Assembly: GCA_051362555.1 (NCBI GenBank)
Contig: CM120645.1
Location: forward strand, 11,408,001-11,472,000
Length of the DNA: 64,000 nt
From: Lingula anatina
Lineage: Eukaryota; Animalia; Brachiopoda
Direction: 5' to 3'
Shown here: piece by piece, positions 21,901 through 35,213 of the stretch
Numbering within the stretch: the first letter of the stretch is position 1
How the letters are laid out: each line of letters opens with the position of its first letter
Translations under genes and position numbers: made by a program
The notes under the pieces: model-generated
What the model saw: the letters and a program-made list of their open reading frames with translations, nothing else
Databases searched by the model: none
Told to the model about the DNA's origin: nothing

Positions 21901-24101
21901 GTGTTCCGTATGCCACGGCAACCTAGAATAATTTTATTTTACATGAACATTCACACCAGACGCCTCATAAAAAGCACCATGTTGACTGGACATAGTTATA
22001 ACAAGAACACAGACCTGCATAATTTCTTGTCTACATTACGAAAATTTAAAAGACATTAAGTCAGTCTGGAGGAAATAGTCCAAAACTAATGATGTACAGA
22101 GCTCAGAATAGCAGATTCAGAAGTGCAAATTGTTGAAAACATGGGCATTTTATGATATTGAAAGCTGTTATCACTATTTGATGAAGGATAATGAAGAAAA
22201 AGGGTCATTGGCCATCAGAATGAATATGTAATCGCTAGAATTGCAAGTCATTCTTATGCGGTATTTTCCTCTAAAAAAAGTTTCGAAATTTTTGGTTGGG
22301 GTCCAAATTTTACATTGAGCTGAGTAATTATTTAGATAAAATTAAGATTTCATTTTACAATTGTTAAAAAGTGAGGTTATAGGTGTAAATGATTTATTCG
22401 TAATTCCATGTTATGTGCTATTAAAAATTAAAGCTGAAATTGAATCGGTCTGCTAAACAAGCCATAAAAAAGAAAAATAAAATTAAACAATGTGATTTTC
22501 ATTAATTATATCGAGAGTGCCCGTGGTAAATTTAAACTCAGCTGAAGAATATATTCCTGAGATAAATTTCTTGCCCTTGAATCCCATTGCCGAAGGTGGG
22601 GTTCGGGGCCCGTTGAAGGGTCCCAAAATTGTGTTTTTTTAGACGACAAACGGTGCCATTTGGTGCGGTTTCGAACTATGATTCAGTTAGTAAAAATTCT
22701 AATTTCAAGGGTGTTTGAGATTTTTGTCAGAAATCGGAGGGGGGACCCCCCCTGACCCCCCTCCCCCTAAATCCGCCACTGAATATGATATAATAATTTA
22801 TGGCAAGAATGATATTTTGGGTTCCGATAAAAACATAACCCATTATTATGGTAACGACGGACATATATATGTGTCAACAATTTAGCTACTGATATTGTTA
22901 AATGGACTGACTGTGGCCATAGAAGTAAATATTAATTGAAACAATTTGCAGTTTTTAGTGATGATAAATAAATAGAGAAAGTACAGAAAGAAACGTCTGT
23001 GTGAATTAATATTATTTCACTGTGTTAAACAAATGTACTGAAACTCTTACTCTTCCCAGTCGCATTGCAAGTTTTGCTGACAAAGTTAAAGGCAGCGTTC
23101 ACTTCTTCGTCCTTGGTGATGTCAAGCTGCAAGACATGGACGTTGTCAGAGCACACCTCTTTCAATTTCTTGGCACCTTGGCTGGATTCAGAGAGACAAC
23201 CAGCGAACAAGGTGAGACCTCGCACGTCTAGGCGTTTAACTAGTTCGTGGCCTAAACCTGCAACATATATGGCCTGATGTACGGTACATTGTTAAACACA
23301 AATTTAACCTTTAATTGACATTGAAATCATTAAATTGGTTATGAACGCGCTTTCATTGTGTACATATATCATATGATCATTGATAGTTTAGCCGCATAAA
23401 CGTCACTGGCAATTAAAAATTCACAAATATGGAAACATCTCTGCAACATACCTATAACATGCCTATACATTATTTAAATCGCCGTCAGCATCACTATGCA
23501 GAGATGCCAATATATATAAATTTTATACAGCCTGTATTTTTGTGTAGTTCTGGTCCTTCATTAAGGATAAAGGCAACCCTTTAAAAGGTTGCAAATGTTC
23601 GTCTAAGCAATAGTTTCTGTAAGGTTCAGAATAGCACACGACCTACTCAGATTTTGAAGAAAATGTGTGTATTTGTTCATTATACCCTCAACCAACACAC
23701 TGCATATTGGTTAGTGTATCGCCCTTTGTTGCCATGGCAACAACACCCAAAATCTCATTACACAGCCCTCGTATGTAAATACAATATGACGGCTTTGGTG
23801 AAAATCCACACGTATTTTGTAACAGCACCCCCCCCCCCCCCCATTACATTTACCTTGCTATCATGGATAGTTTTCTAGAGTTTTCTCACAATATAGGCCT
23901 ACCTGTATCGCATCCCGTTACCAATACGGCTTTATTTCCATAATCCACCCTCCTCGCAGCTCTGTCCTTTTCTCTATTCAGTCCAAGCACTCCAAGAAGG
24001 AGCAACGCAAAGAAGACAACATTAAAGACTCCGGGTAAGAAGTTCGTGATCAGTAAACCAGACAGGCCTATGACGACAGCGGTGCCTTCCTGCCACGGCA
24101 T
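18921..24101 (-). CDS. Short-chain dehydrogenase/reductase, SDR9C-like (RDH / BDH1 / 17-beta-HSD6 family), 6 exons
   Basis: Exons 24101-23903, 23257-23051, 21175-21023, 20346-20162, 19715-19476, 18995-18921. Motifs VLVTGCDTGLG, LQLDIT, VVNNAG, GRIVNVTS, catalytic YSCSK, LRRE..FGV.V..VEPG; hydrophobic N-terminal anchor; C-terminus LMAILGPLLPGWIMDRILTKVSDT (last exon less certain). Confidence 0.92.
19901..20147. mobile_element. Palindromic MITE, PIF/Harbinger (Tourist)-like, family 1 copy
   Basis: cattcccaatgaaactatcg ... cgactttttcattgggaatgcgccc inverted ends; related copies at 34580-34828 and 37048-37210. Confidence 0.7.
22583..22781. mobile_element. hAT-type MITE fragment
   Basis: Ends in ccccctaaatccgccactg (reverse complement CAGTGGCGGATTTAGGGGG), a typical invertebrate hAT-MITE terminus; left end not found. 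Confidence 0.4.
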
Positions 24102-27075
24102 AATGGTACAATCTTAGCACTACCCTTGCACTTTTGTTGTGTCGTCTTCTGCGTTCACATTTCTTCGCAGCGAACTTTAATATGGGGCGTTGGTACAGGA
24201 CCGTCCAGGCTGCAGATAGTCATCCAAGTGATATGTTAACCTTAAGAAGCAGCAGTCGGCTTATCCATACAGTTGTCACATTGCCTCTGTGATAATGTGC
24301 AATATTTAGGTCATTGTATTTCATCTGTGTTTGCGCTTCCTTATGCTATATTCTATCTTTCAAAGAATTGCCATCTGTTGCATTTACTTAACTCTTCTAA
24401 GTTCTTCCATACACAACTTTAAAAGAAAGTTACTGTTATAATTGCGCCTTGACCCGTTTTAATGGTACACGTCACAGACGTTATTTGAAAGCCATGTCTT
24501 GCATGACCCCTTGCATTCGCCGGTCTGCGCTCTCCGGGTGCCTTTCTAGTTTAAACCCGAGATCGCATTACCATAGCCCCTAATCCTAATGAGGCGAGAT
24601 GGGGATCTCGATTTTGTCCATCACCAATGATTTCGTACAGCTGAAGACAATGATTTATAAGATGGCTATATACTCTGCACTTTTAATCAAATAAGTCATA
24701 CAGCAATTTTATAAGATTCTGTCTTTAAAAGGTATGGAATAATCAGAAAAACTCTTTTATTCCACATACTTCTTGTAAAAGTACACATCTGTTATTTCAG
24801 ATGAAATCACATAATTTGTTTATCATAACTTGTCGTTGGCTGACATTCATTCATTCAACTGCTAACTCTTACATACAAAATATTACTGTTAAAAGGTTAC
24901 GTAAACATTACTATTCAATATAATGGTATATTATTGTAAATCATTACCAGTATTGCAGTATCTATACATATATATAGTGATAAAAGCTTAAAATTTTGCT
25001 ACATTTATTGAAAAATGAAAAAAAATATGGAGCATTGCCTACCCTGGCACAACGCAAGCTTTGATTGGTCGAAACATCTTTGCAAATTTTCTTCTTGCTA
25101 TTGAAATCAAAACATTGCAACCAGTAATTACTTTGCCAGAGAAATCTTTATCAATATGCGGAAAAAAATCTTTGCTTTATCAATATGTGGAAAAATCCTT
25201 GCTTTATCAAATATCTCTTTGGAATGAAAAAAGAAACAATTATTCCCCATGATGTATTTGTAAAAGAAAACAACATTGTTTTGTATTAGTAATACCCAAG
25301 TAAAAATGTTGCTAAAATGGAAGAAAATCTCTAATCTCTTACACCTGAATAACATTACCTAGATAGACTTACAGGCAGTATACTATAATTTGTAAAATAG
25401 TTTGTATTCTGGCTTAACAAATACCTACTTAATTCCAACTGGTGAAAAACAATGCAGAGCTTTTAACATACTTGAAGACCGACACTCTGCTAGTTACTAC
25501 AGGTGAACTGGGAGTCATCATGGTTATCATACTCTATAAATATTGAATTTGACTTCAATGACAACATTTGCAGGAAGAAATTGGCCTATAAATGGCAGCA
25601 TCACAATGTTGGAAGAGTATCTACATGTATAACTAGGACTGAACGCTGGAATAATACAATATTAAAACAAGCTGGTATCTGCATCAAAATGTGAAATAAA
25701 TCCTGGAGTTAATATTATTTGCATTTGTCAAAATTAAGAACTGACATATCTTTCAATTTTCAAAACACCATGTGTTTGAAATATTTCATTATTTCAAGCT
25801 TCATTATTTTAGATAAGGACAAAAAATCTGACTTGAGCCCACCTCAAAACTAGGAATTTTCTGGTCATATTCAGTTCCACACAAACTACATTTTGGAGGA
25901 ACGGTTATTATATATCTAATGTTGGTAAATTACCACAATCTTTTTATCAGCCTGTATCATCTCATTTATCAAAGCCTTTTAATTACATATTTCAACAATG
26001 CTTATAATATGCTAGCTAAAAAAATGTTGTAAATCACAAATAAAACTTTTAAGTACTCTTTCGATCCAAGTGGATAACATCAGAGTTTGGAGGAATCTGG
26101 ACTATTTCCTTGGAAGTGTTAATATTATACTACAGGTTCACTGAACAGGCCAAGCGTTCATTCCAACTAGTGTAACTGATGTCATTTGACAGCCCAATCG
26201 CACTACAGATATTCTTTAAATTTGGAAGTCACAATACGAGTTCCTATGTGGTCTGTATAATACAAGTTGTATCATTCCTGAGCTGATCTTGAGAAGACCT
26301 GCGACTTTTCCCGGAATTCTCATGTTCCATCTGCCAATTCCCAAATAGTAACCGTTTTCCTTAAGGTCTAACATTCTCCCCCTATTTTTGAATGTCCTTT
26401 TTTTTCTGAATGAAATTGGCTCATTTTTATCGAAATATCAGGGTTGCCCTACACAGAGCAATGCAATCCACAAAATAACATTTGGGTCAATGGAAATGGA
26501 ACATCAGTCTCTGTTTACTTTACATCGCCACTGAATTCTTTAACACCTGTCTTTTTCCCCCTTGGTCCTGTCTTAACCTACTGAATACTCGTGTCACCCT
26601 TTCCTGCCTGCAAGATGTGTGACAGTCACAGCAGACACATGGGACTTTGTATATGCTGTCTGCATATGGATAACATATTCTAAAACAATACAACACTGTT
26701 GTATAGCTTTGATGCGTGTGAGCTGTACAGCATATATTCGGTGGATACTTTATATGTGCAAAATACAGGACAAACTGTAGCCGTTTCTAATATGTACATC
26801 AATACCACATACACTCTATACACCCTGTATTCAATACAGTATATGATATACGCTATGCACACTGTATATACAATACATATGGTGGGTGTGGTAATACTGT
26901 GCAGCATACAGAACAGAATCCAGACAGCCAGAATTGCATAAACCAGACAGTGTATTGTGAGGAATAAAGTGTGTACTGAATCTCTTATTGTACACTGGTG
27001 CACAGTAACTTTGCTGTACAAATTGTCATGAATATAAACACTAGTATGTAATTAAGATAACTGTATATAATATCC

Positions 27076-29314
27076 TTATTTGGAAGCTTCCTTGGCTGCA
27101 GCAATTAAAGGTTTCAGAGTCACCAGTGGTTTGGCTTTCTTTAAAAATGGATGCTCCAAAAGTTCCTCGGTGGAAGCTCTCTTGTCTACATCAACTTCCA
27201 AACACCTGTCTAGAAAACTGATAAGTTCTGAGGAGAGTTTAGAGCTATTTTTAATCTCTGGTTTTCCATTGGTTGCTATTAAGTACAATGCCCTAAGTGG
27301 AGTCTCGTTCAAATATGGCGGCTCGCCTTCGATCATTTCTATCACCATGATGCCTAGGGACCAGACGTCTACCTTGTTACCATACTGTTTTCTGGAAAGA
27401 ATTGACAAAAAAATATCAGAATCAATTTTTAATTTTAAATTAAATCAAAATAATATTTCAATATCACAATATTTTTTATAATATAAGTTCCCAAACTTGA
27501 AGAAAAAATAAATCTTTTATTTACTAACACTACAATCCACATAATATTAATTTTTTTTTGCCACAGTTACAGATATAAAATATAAATATAAAAATATAAT
27601 AGTGACATGTTTAAAGTCAAATCAAATAATCCAACTTTCAAAGACTGTCACATGGTTTAAATGTCATTGCCATCTCACCTTGTCACAACTTCGGGAGCCA
27701 TCCAATATGGCGTCCCCACCATGGTGTTACGTTTATTCTGCTCTGCCGTGATCTGTGCACAGAAGCCAAAATCTGTCAGCTTGACATCTCCATTATCTCC
27801 TAACAATACATTGTCACTTTTGATGTCTCTGTGAATAATATTCTTGGAATGAAGAAAAGCAAGAGCCTCGAGGCAAGCCTTGGACACTGCAGCCATTTGA
27901 CCTTCGTCCATCACCGTTTCCGTGACGACATCTGTAAGGGCCCCTCCTTCTAGGTACTCCATGACTACCCATAATTCTCCCTCCACAAGGAAACAATCAA
28001 GGAAGTTGACGATATTGGGGTGCCGCTTGGCCTTCATAACCTAAGAAGTAAGGTAATACCAATTAATATTGCACTATGTCATCTTTCCAGGATGAGTTTT
28101 GATAATATTTTGGATATCATTTTTTAATTGTTTGTGAAATCTTTGGAAATCTCAAGTCTCTGGCTGCAGTTATATCATGAAATTATCACAATGTCTCACC
28201 TCAATTTCTGTGATGATGAGTTCTTTCTTTGGTTGGTTCTCCAAGTCCATCATCTTAATGGCCACGGCCTCTCCCGTCTCAATGTCCTTGGCCACACATA
28301 CTGTACCAGACGCCCTGTGTAATACAAAAATAAATAATTATCAATATAATTTACACTGTATATGGTTTCGTGGAATAATATTAATTTTACTAACATTTTG
28401 ATGAAAGTAATCACTAACTTTGAAACAAAAATAGTAGTGACACATTTCTTTTTGCTCTTGTTGCAAGCACATCATTAGACTTAACGCCCACAACCCAAGG
28501 AAGAATCAGTCACAGGTGTACCAACGCCCAAAGACCTGTGGGTATTCATTGATCATGACTAAATTATGTTTTATAGAAAGTACTTAAAGCAGTATTTCCT
28601 TTTCATTTGAGTAATCTTTAAGGCATCATATTTTGACGTAAATTTCCATAAAAGTTTTCTAAATAACTTCAAATTTGGAGGTGCATTCATTAAAAATAAA
28701 TTCTTTAAACTCCACCTGTTAATTATTGGTCACTGTAATTTTTGGTTTCTTGAATTATGGCACAGTCATTTTTATATAATGACACATACTATATTTCTAT
28801 CCATAAAACATAACAGTTTCATCAGCTACCCCATTGTTATACCACTATCAAATGTTATCATGATCCAAATATACCATCACAAAAGTCATAATCTCAATGT
28901 TATCAAACCCACACAGTGACATTATCCCAAATATGCAACATATAACTCCAGAAATCTGCCCAAGGTGGTTAAAATACAAGTTTGGCTGAGGGCTGCAAAT
29001 TGGAGTAAATTTTTGATGTATCAATGTATTTTCCCTGATTTCTTTACTAATTGTAATCTTTACTTCAACTAACACACTGTGTTTAAAGATTGTGCTGCCT
29101 TGTCTCCTCTACCACAATCACTGCAATAACTTGGCCATTAATACCTGGAAAACCCCTCGTCAGTCTGCTCTCATTTCTTTTAAAATTTAAATAAATGTTT
29201 AAAATATGTATGACCTTATAAAAATCAACTTTTTAAAACCAATTATTACCTGTTGAAAACATTACATAAGTGTTCAATGTGCTCTTATCCCATTTCTTCC
29301 TCCTCCTCCCCAAA

Positions 29315-29357
<43 letters not shown>

Positions 29358-32300
29358 AAACTTATTTTGAAGATCATGAAAACTTACCCTGAGCCAACTT
29401 TTTTATCCACCTGGTATCTTTTCTGTGGGTCAACAGAGCAGTTGGCAAGCTTCCCTAAAAAATAAAAACAGGACCAAATGTGAAATCAACGAGAAATGTA
29501 CATGAAATATACAAATTAGGTCGAAAATGACATTGACTTGAAATAAACATGGAGGCATTAAAATTGCATATTCACGTGATTTCACAAAGTGAGAAAATAG
29601 CATTATGCTGGGTTTACAGGCATACTTAATTTAAGTTATTCAAGCTGTTATGTGACAGCAATGAGAAGATAATAGTAATTATTTGCTCTACTGGACTCTG
29701 TGAAATTGCAGTATTAAGCTAATTGGGTATTTATAATTTAGTGCATATTCAGTAAATTATCATTAGAGTAAGGCAGTTTTCTAGTTGTTTCATTGCATTG
29801 CTTGACTCATTATTGATTAAAAATAACACAAGTGCTTTCAAAAGCAGAATACACATGGTAAATAAAAGTCAAACTAAGACTTGCTGGGTTAATCAAAACA
29901 CATGAAAGTATGGAAAAAAATATGACATATCCGGCCAGCATGCTTTTACAAGTCTACAACAACTCCACTTTTCACATTACAACATTTCCCCACCTGTCAA
30001 CAATAACAACAGCAACATCTAAGACAATACACAGTTAAAATAAAGCACTAAACATACCACATCTGTTCTGATGTTACAACAAACACATACCAGATGAACC
30101 AAAAATTTACACTGGCCTTTGAAGGAAGGGGGTAATCACATAAGAATATCTTGGTAAAAAGAATATTTTTTGTCCTCCAACCCCTTATCCCCTATAAACA
30201 TTTAATATTTTAACCCCAAACCAAATGTTAGACACCAGGGATTGTGGTCAAACAGTTAATTTTACTGGAACCACCCAATTAGTTCTATAATCCATTTAGA
30301 GGGCCAATGATACACAACTACTGACATCAACATTGACAACACATACACACACAATACATTTTTTTTTTCATTGAACTGCCACTCTCTCTTCTTTTTGTAT
30401 CTTTATGATTATATGGTATTATTATAATATTATAAGCAATAACTTGTATGGTGGAGGGCTTAGCATACATAGGTAATTTTTTGTAATAAAGAAAGAAAAA
30501 AAAAAAGAAAAAGAGGGCAACAGCAAAATGCAACAGGTAGTAACTATATACTAAAAATAAAATTCACACCCAAAACACAACACAATCTCCAAACGTATGA
30601 TAAACCAATTATTCATATAAAATAACTAGGAGAAACAATCAAATAAATATATGAATAAATCAAAGCTTTCAGCATCTTAAGATCCCAAGTGACTTCATGC
30701 ACATGCAATTTCTTTTAAGTAAATCTAAGATAATCTCACACTGCCATCTGGGTGAACATTGAAAACTTTAAATTTGTACTACTTAACTGAAACCAATTTT
30801 TTTTAAATGCATTATTCTTCTTTTGCAATATAACATTGAACAGTTGAACAATTATTGTAGAACCTGGTCACTGATAACCAATGATATTTCAGATTTTAAA
30901 GGTTATTCCTGAATGCAAACTCTCAGCCACAGCAATAAGTTGTAGACATAGGAAACTGATTTTTTTATCATCATTCACGCATTTCAATATAACAAATGGC
31001 TTCTTATCTCAAGAAAACAAATTCATTTGTTAACAATGTCCACCCCTAAGGCTGTGCGTAGTCACCAAATCAAGAACACAGGTTTCACCCTGTTAACAGC
31101 AACTGAGCAACTAAGTTAACAGCATGTTAACATCCACAAAAAGATATACAACCTAGACCTAGACTTCACTCACTTGATCCTGCATGAAGATAATTATAAT
31201 ACGATATGTTACTAACTAACTCATCAAAGATCTCTTATAGTGTCAATTTATATTCGTGAAGATCAGGCATGACAATATCAGAGATCTAAGATGAGTTGTT
31301 ACTCACTATCTCATCAAAGATCTCTCATGGTGTCAGTTTATATTGGCAATGCTTAGAAATGACAAAAAAAAAAAAAAAAAAAAAAAAAGCAGTATTGTCT
31401 GGACAGCTGGATTGACTGAGTTTAAAACAATGACAGTCCAGATAAGCAATTGTCGAACTTTTAGACTCCACATCTCCAACGTCTGAGGTCTAGAAAATAA
31501 CTTCCTAGTTACGCAAAGATTTGTGTATGGCAGACGCCATAAATATTGGCTAATACCAAACTAAAAAAATCTGTTCCACAAGATTTGGTTGAGATAAATG
31601 ATAATTCAAACTATAAAATGACAAATTATGTGGAGTCTACAGTAAAACAAATGGCTTGTTGCAAATGATCAGATTTACGATCTATCAGCAGTACAAACTG
31701 AATCCCCAGGCAAATCTTTCCAGTCCTGTTCTTACATATCAGAGGAAGACAATTATCTGATAATGTGCACATTTGCCCAACTTAATTAGACAAGCAATAA
31801 TACTGAACACCTGCCTTCACAAGGACTGGTTGTGAACAAGAAACTGCTATGTAATACAGTTTGCTTCACCATATTTGTTTCATAATGTGTAGTATACACA
31901 ATTTAAAATGAGCCTATATCTATGGAGAACTTATAACCTCTTATTTTTAAAAGCACAAATGTTTTTTTTTCCTCATACTTACTTAGTGCATCCATGATCT
32001 CGGCATCAGTCATCTTTTTCTTCTGTTTCACCGACTTCTTCTTTTCTCGCTTTTGGGGAACAGGTTTTTCAGCCTCTTTGGTCTTTTCTGTTTCTCCATC
32101 TTCTATTTTAGCATCTTCTAGGTTCTGGTTGACTTGGTCTATGTCCTTAAGAAACAATTCAGTACATCAGTGGTCAAATCTAACAAGTCAATAGCTACTT
32201 TTATCAAACAAATTTTGAATTACCAGCAATGATCCATTACCATATTGATAACATGTAAAAACATTTGAAAGATTCTGTTTTTACATGAGTCACTTCATTT

Positions 32301-33577
32301 AATCAAGTATTTGAATGAAATTAAAATTAGTTTTCTTCTATTGCACTACAACTTTATTTTCATCTACTAAACTATTACTATACCATTCTGGCACTATTCT
32401 TTTCTACATTTCTAATACTTTTCTTATATTTGAGAGAAAATATCTACTTCTTTGTTCTTCTTTTTATCTGGCAATGCTGGGGCAGGCTCTTCTTGTGCCT
32501 GTTTCTTAGCTATCACTGTGTTCACATATAACTCTTCATCGTCCTCCTCTAGAGGAGGCTCTGCAGGGGGTAATGAAGGCTTTTCATTTTCCTACAAAAA
32601 AAAAAATAAAAAAAGGAATCAACACAATAGCTACTGCATGTAAGGTAATTCTGTATGAGGCAACACTGTGAATTCAACTTAAATCAAGATGAAAGTAAAA
32701 ATCAGATACTATGATTAACTGGATTTCTTTTTCATATATGAAGTGTCTCATTCAAAATCATTTGCCTCTGGTTGTCTCTGGCTCTTCAAATAAATGAACA
32801 CAGCTGTAATCTTCCTCAAAGTGATTTAGTCAAATTTCATTTAATACTAGTAATGCATAATTTTAAATCCAATTTTGATTGGGGATCTGTTAGTCCATGG
32901 ATCATCTTGTTCTCAATGTGACCTATAAGTCCCACCTGTCCTTCGTCACTGCCAGAGGCTGATGTCCTTGGTGTCCTGGATTCATTGGAAGATCTCTCAT
33001 CGAGCTCCTCTTGTGAATCTGCCCTCTCCAACTCGATGTATTTCTGCTGATCTTCAAAAGGCCTCCGCACTGACTCATTGTAGAATTCCAAAGCTTTCAC
33101 CACAGCATCTGGATTCTGTTTCTGTTCTTCTTTGCTGCAGTAAAGTATATGTCATGATTACATCATTCATTTTATCTTATTTTACTGTTTAAATCATCTC
33201 AGGTAGAAAGAATTTTTGAAGTGTTTCATACAACTGTATTTGCTGAAAAGATGAAAGAAAAAGGAAGCATTTGTAACATATTATCTAAACTGAGTATTCA
33301 TTTTCAAAGTACATTTTCCTATCCCAATTAATCTTTTTTATCTTCCTTATTTATGGTTTCAATTTTGACATAAAAAAATCTATTACCTGATTTTTGAGTG
33401 CTGAAGCCATTGGTCCCAGGCAGGCGGTAATCCCTCAAAGCTGCCCTTGTCCTGATTAAACCCCACGTGGAAGTTGTGTTTAAACTCAAACGGCGCAGAT
33501 ATCTCACTGATAGTGGACTCTGGTGGAGAAATATCCGATTTCTTCTTCCTCTTGAAAAAATTTTTGAACTGGCTCAT
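27076..33577 (-). CDS. PAK: Group I p21-activated serine/threonine kinase (STE20/PAK; short N-terminus, invertebrate Pak3-like), 8 coding exons
   Basis: Exons 33577-33387 ([19 protein letters not shown]), 33134-32936, 32591-32448, 32145-31983, 29454-29388, 28314-28200 (GSGASGTV..VAIK..E), 28040-27679 ([22 protein letters not shown]), 27391-27076 ([24 protein letters not shown]). Acceptor at 33590, just upstream of the ATG. Confidence 0.96.
29313..29358. repeat. (AAAT)n microsatellite
   Basis: Directly visible; similar tracts at ~4806-4835 and ~15495-15533. Confidence 0.9.
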
Positions 33578-34579
33578 TTTGGCCTTGGGACTGAAAAAGG
33601 AAACTTTCATCGTCAGAAATTTTTCGTCGATCGCTAAATGAGTGCACAAAGAGAAATCAAGTTGTGGAGAATCGAGGTCCAAGTCAATCAAAATCTGCCA
33701 GAGCACATGTCTCTTCAGATAAAGAGAGCATATATCCAATCACTAGTTGATCTCAACAACAGTTACTGTAATTCACGAGTTCAGCACCTTAACAATCATC
33801 AAACCATAGATAGAATCTATAAGTGGAGGAAAAAGTGCTCAAGTCAAACAGAATACAGATAAGAACACAGACAGAAGAGAGAGATACAATAAATCCAACT
33901 GTGTTATCTGTGATACCAAATTTAACAATTGTGAAGAAGTCCTTAAGGATGTCCATATAGTTCCTCCTCAATAATCAGTATTAACCAAGAGAGTCTCTGT
34001 CCAATCAATGGAAACCACACAAGAAATATGTGGCAACAGTATAAGAGTTCATCAATATATCAACTGGAATCATCAGAGATAATGGGAGCACTTGCTTCAT
34101 AAATAAAACTTCACAGCTAAAAGACAATGTCAATATGTCGAAAATGCAGTTAAACTATTACTACTGCTACACTGGAACCAACTAACAACTGTCCAACAAT
34201 ATCGGTCAACATATCTTTACTCTCTCTCCACCCTATTTTGAAATGCTAGGTAGCCAACTATCTCTATTTTATTACCTAGACCTATGTGTTATTCATCTGC
34301 AGGTAGACTAGAGTCATGCTTTTCCACATGAGTCACAGTTCTGAGGTGGTGTTTCTCCATCTTGCTATGAATGCCACAATATGTCAGCTACCCTCCTACG
34401 TTGAGCTTTAGTAAAAAAGCCTGAGGCACCTGTTGTTTATGTGCATCAATTTCTTACTCAAGGCACCTGAGTGTGCTTGACACCTTTTAATTATATTGGA
34501 TCTGACAGACCTACTGATGATGATGAAGATTTAATTGCCAGGTAATCTTTCTTCACAGCACTGAGTACAGTTCTCAGTA

Positions 34580-34828
34580 GGCTCATCCCCAATGAAACTA
34601 TCATGCTTCATACTTTGATCCAACTCTGCAGGGACTCTTGCTGAATGCAATCAGTTAAACAAAATCCTGTTTCCAACATACTAGTACTTGTATAATCATC
34701 AGCGTTTGCGTATTCTACTCAACAGCAGTAGGAAGCATACCAAGCTGTTGCGTTGACTGCATTCAGCAAGAGTCCCCACAGAGTTGGATCAATCTGTGTA
34801 GAACGATAGTGTCATTGGTAATGTGCCC
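34580..34828. mobile_element. Palindromic MITE, family 1 copy
   Basis: ta|ggctcatccccaatgaaactatc ... gatagtgtcattggtaatgtgccc|ta with long internal inverted repeats (actctgcagggactcttgctgaatgca / tgcattcagcaagagtccccacagagt). Confidence 0.75.
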
Positions 34829-35213
34829 TATGATTCAACAAGGTCATTGTCATAAAACATGGGTTGTCTCCAGACAGTATTTTTGACTGCCAGGGCTTCT
34901 GTACATCTGCCAAAGCTTACAATTACACATTTGACCACATATCTGATAATAACAAAATCTAGTTACAGGCTAAACCACTCTATTATTCTTGATAAAAAAA
35001 ATCCAGTTATTATGCTTTAAAACAACTGCATGCCATACAATATAAATTTACCAATGTTTCCCATAAAAGTCACTTCCTTCATGATATTAGCACACTAATT
35101 ACATGCAAACTACATTAGTCATGTTAGATACCAGTCAATACCAGGGATCAGAGTTAAATGACAAGGCTGGCAAATTACTTGATTTTATTGCACCTATCTG
35201 CAGGTAATGTAAT

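Noticed and set aside
26680-27021. 113-aa hydrophobic Tyr/Val-rich ORF after the PAK stop
   Set aside because: Low-complexity TG/TA-rich 3' UTR sequence with no recognisable domain.
31207-31346. ~50-bp direct repeat in a PAK intron, plus small repeats at ~25143-25215 and ~56137-56322
   Set aside because: Ordinary local duplications with no splice signals or structure suggesting function.
33578-33739. N-terminal extension of PAK suggested by ORF 33383..33739
   Set aside because: The ORF opens on a non-ATG codon and crosses a good acceptor at 33590; more likely intron, although an alternative start at MKVSFF cannot be excluded.
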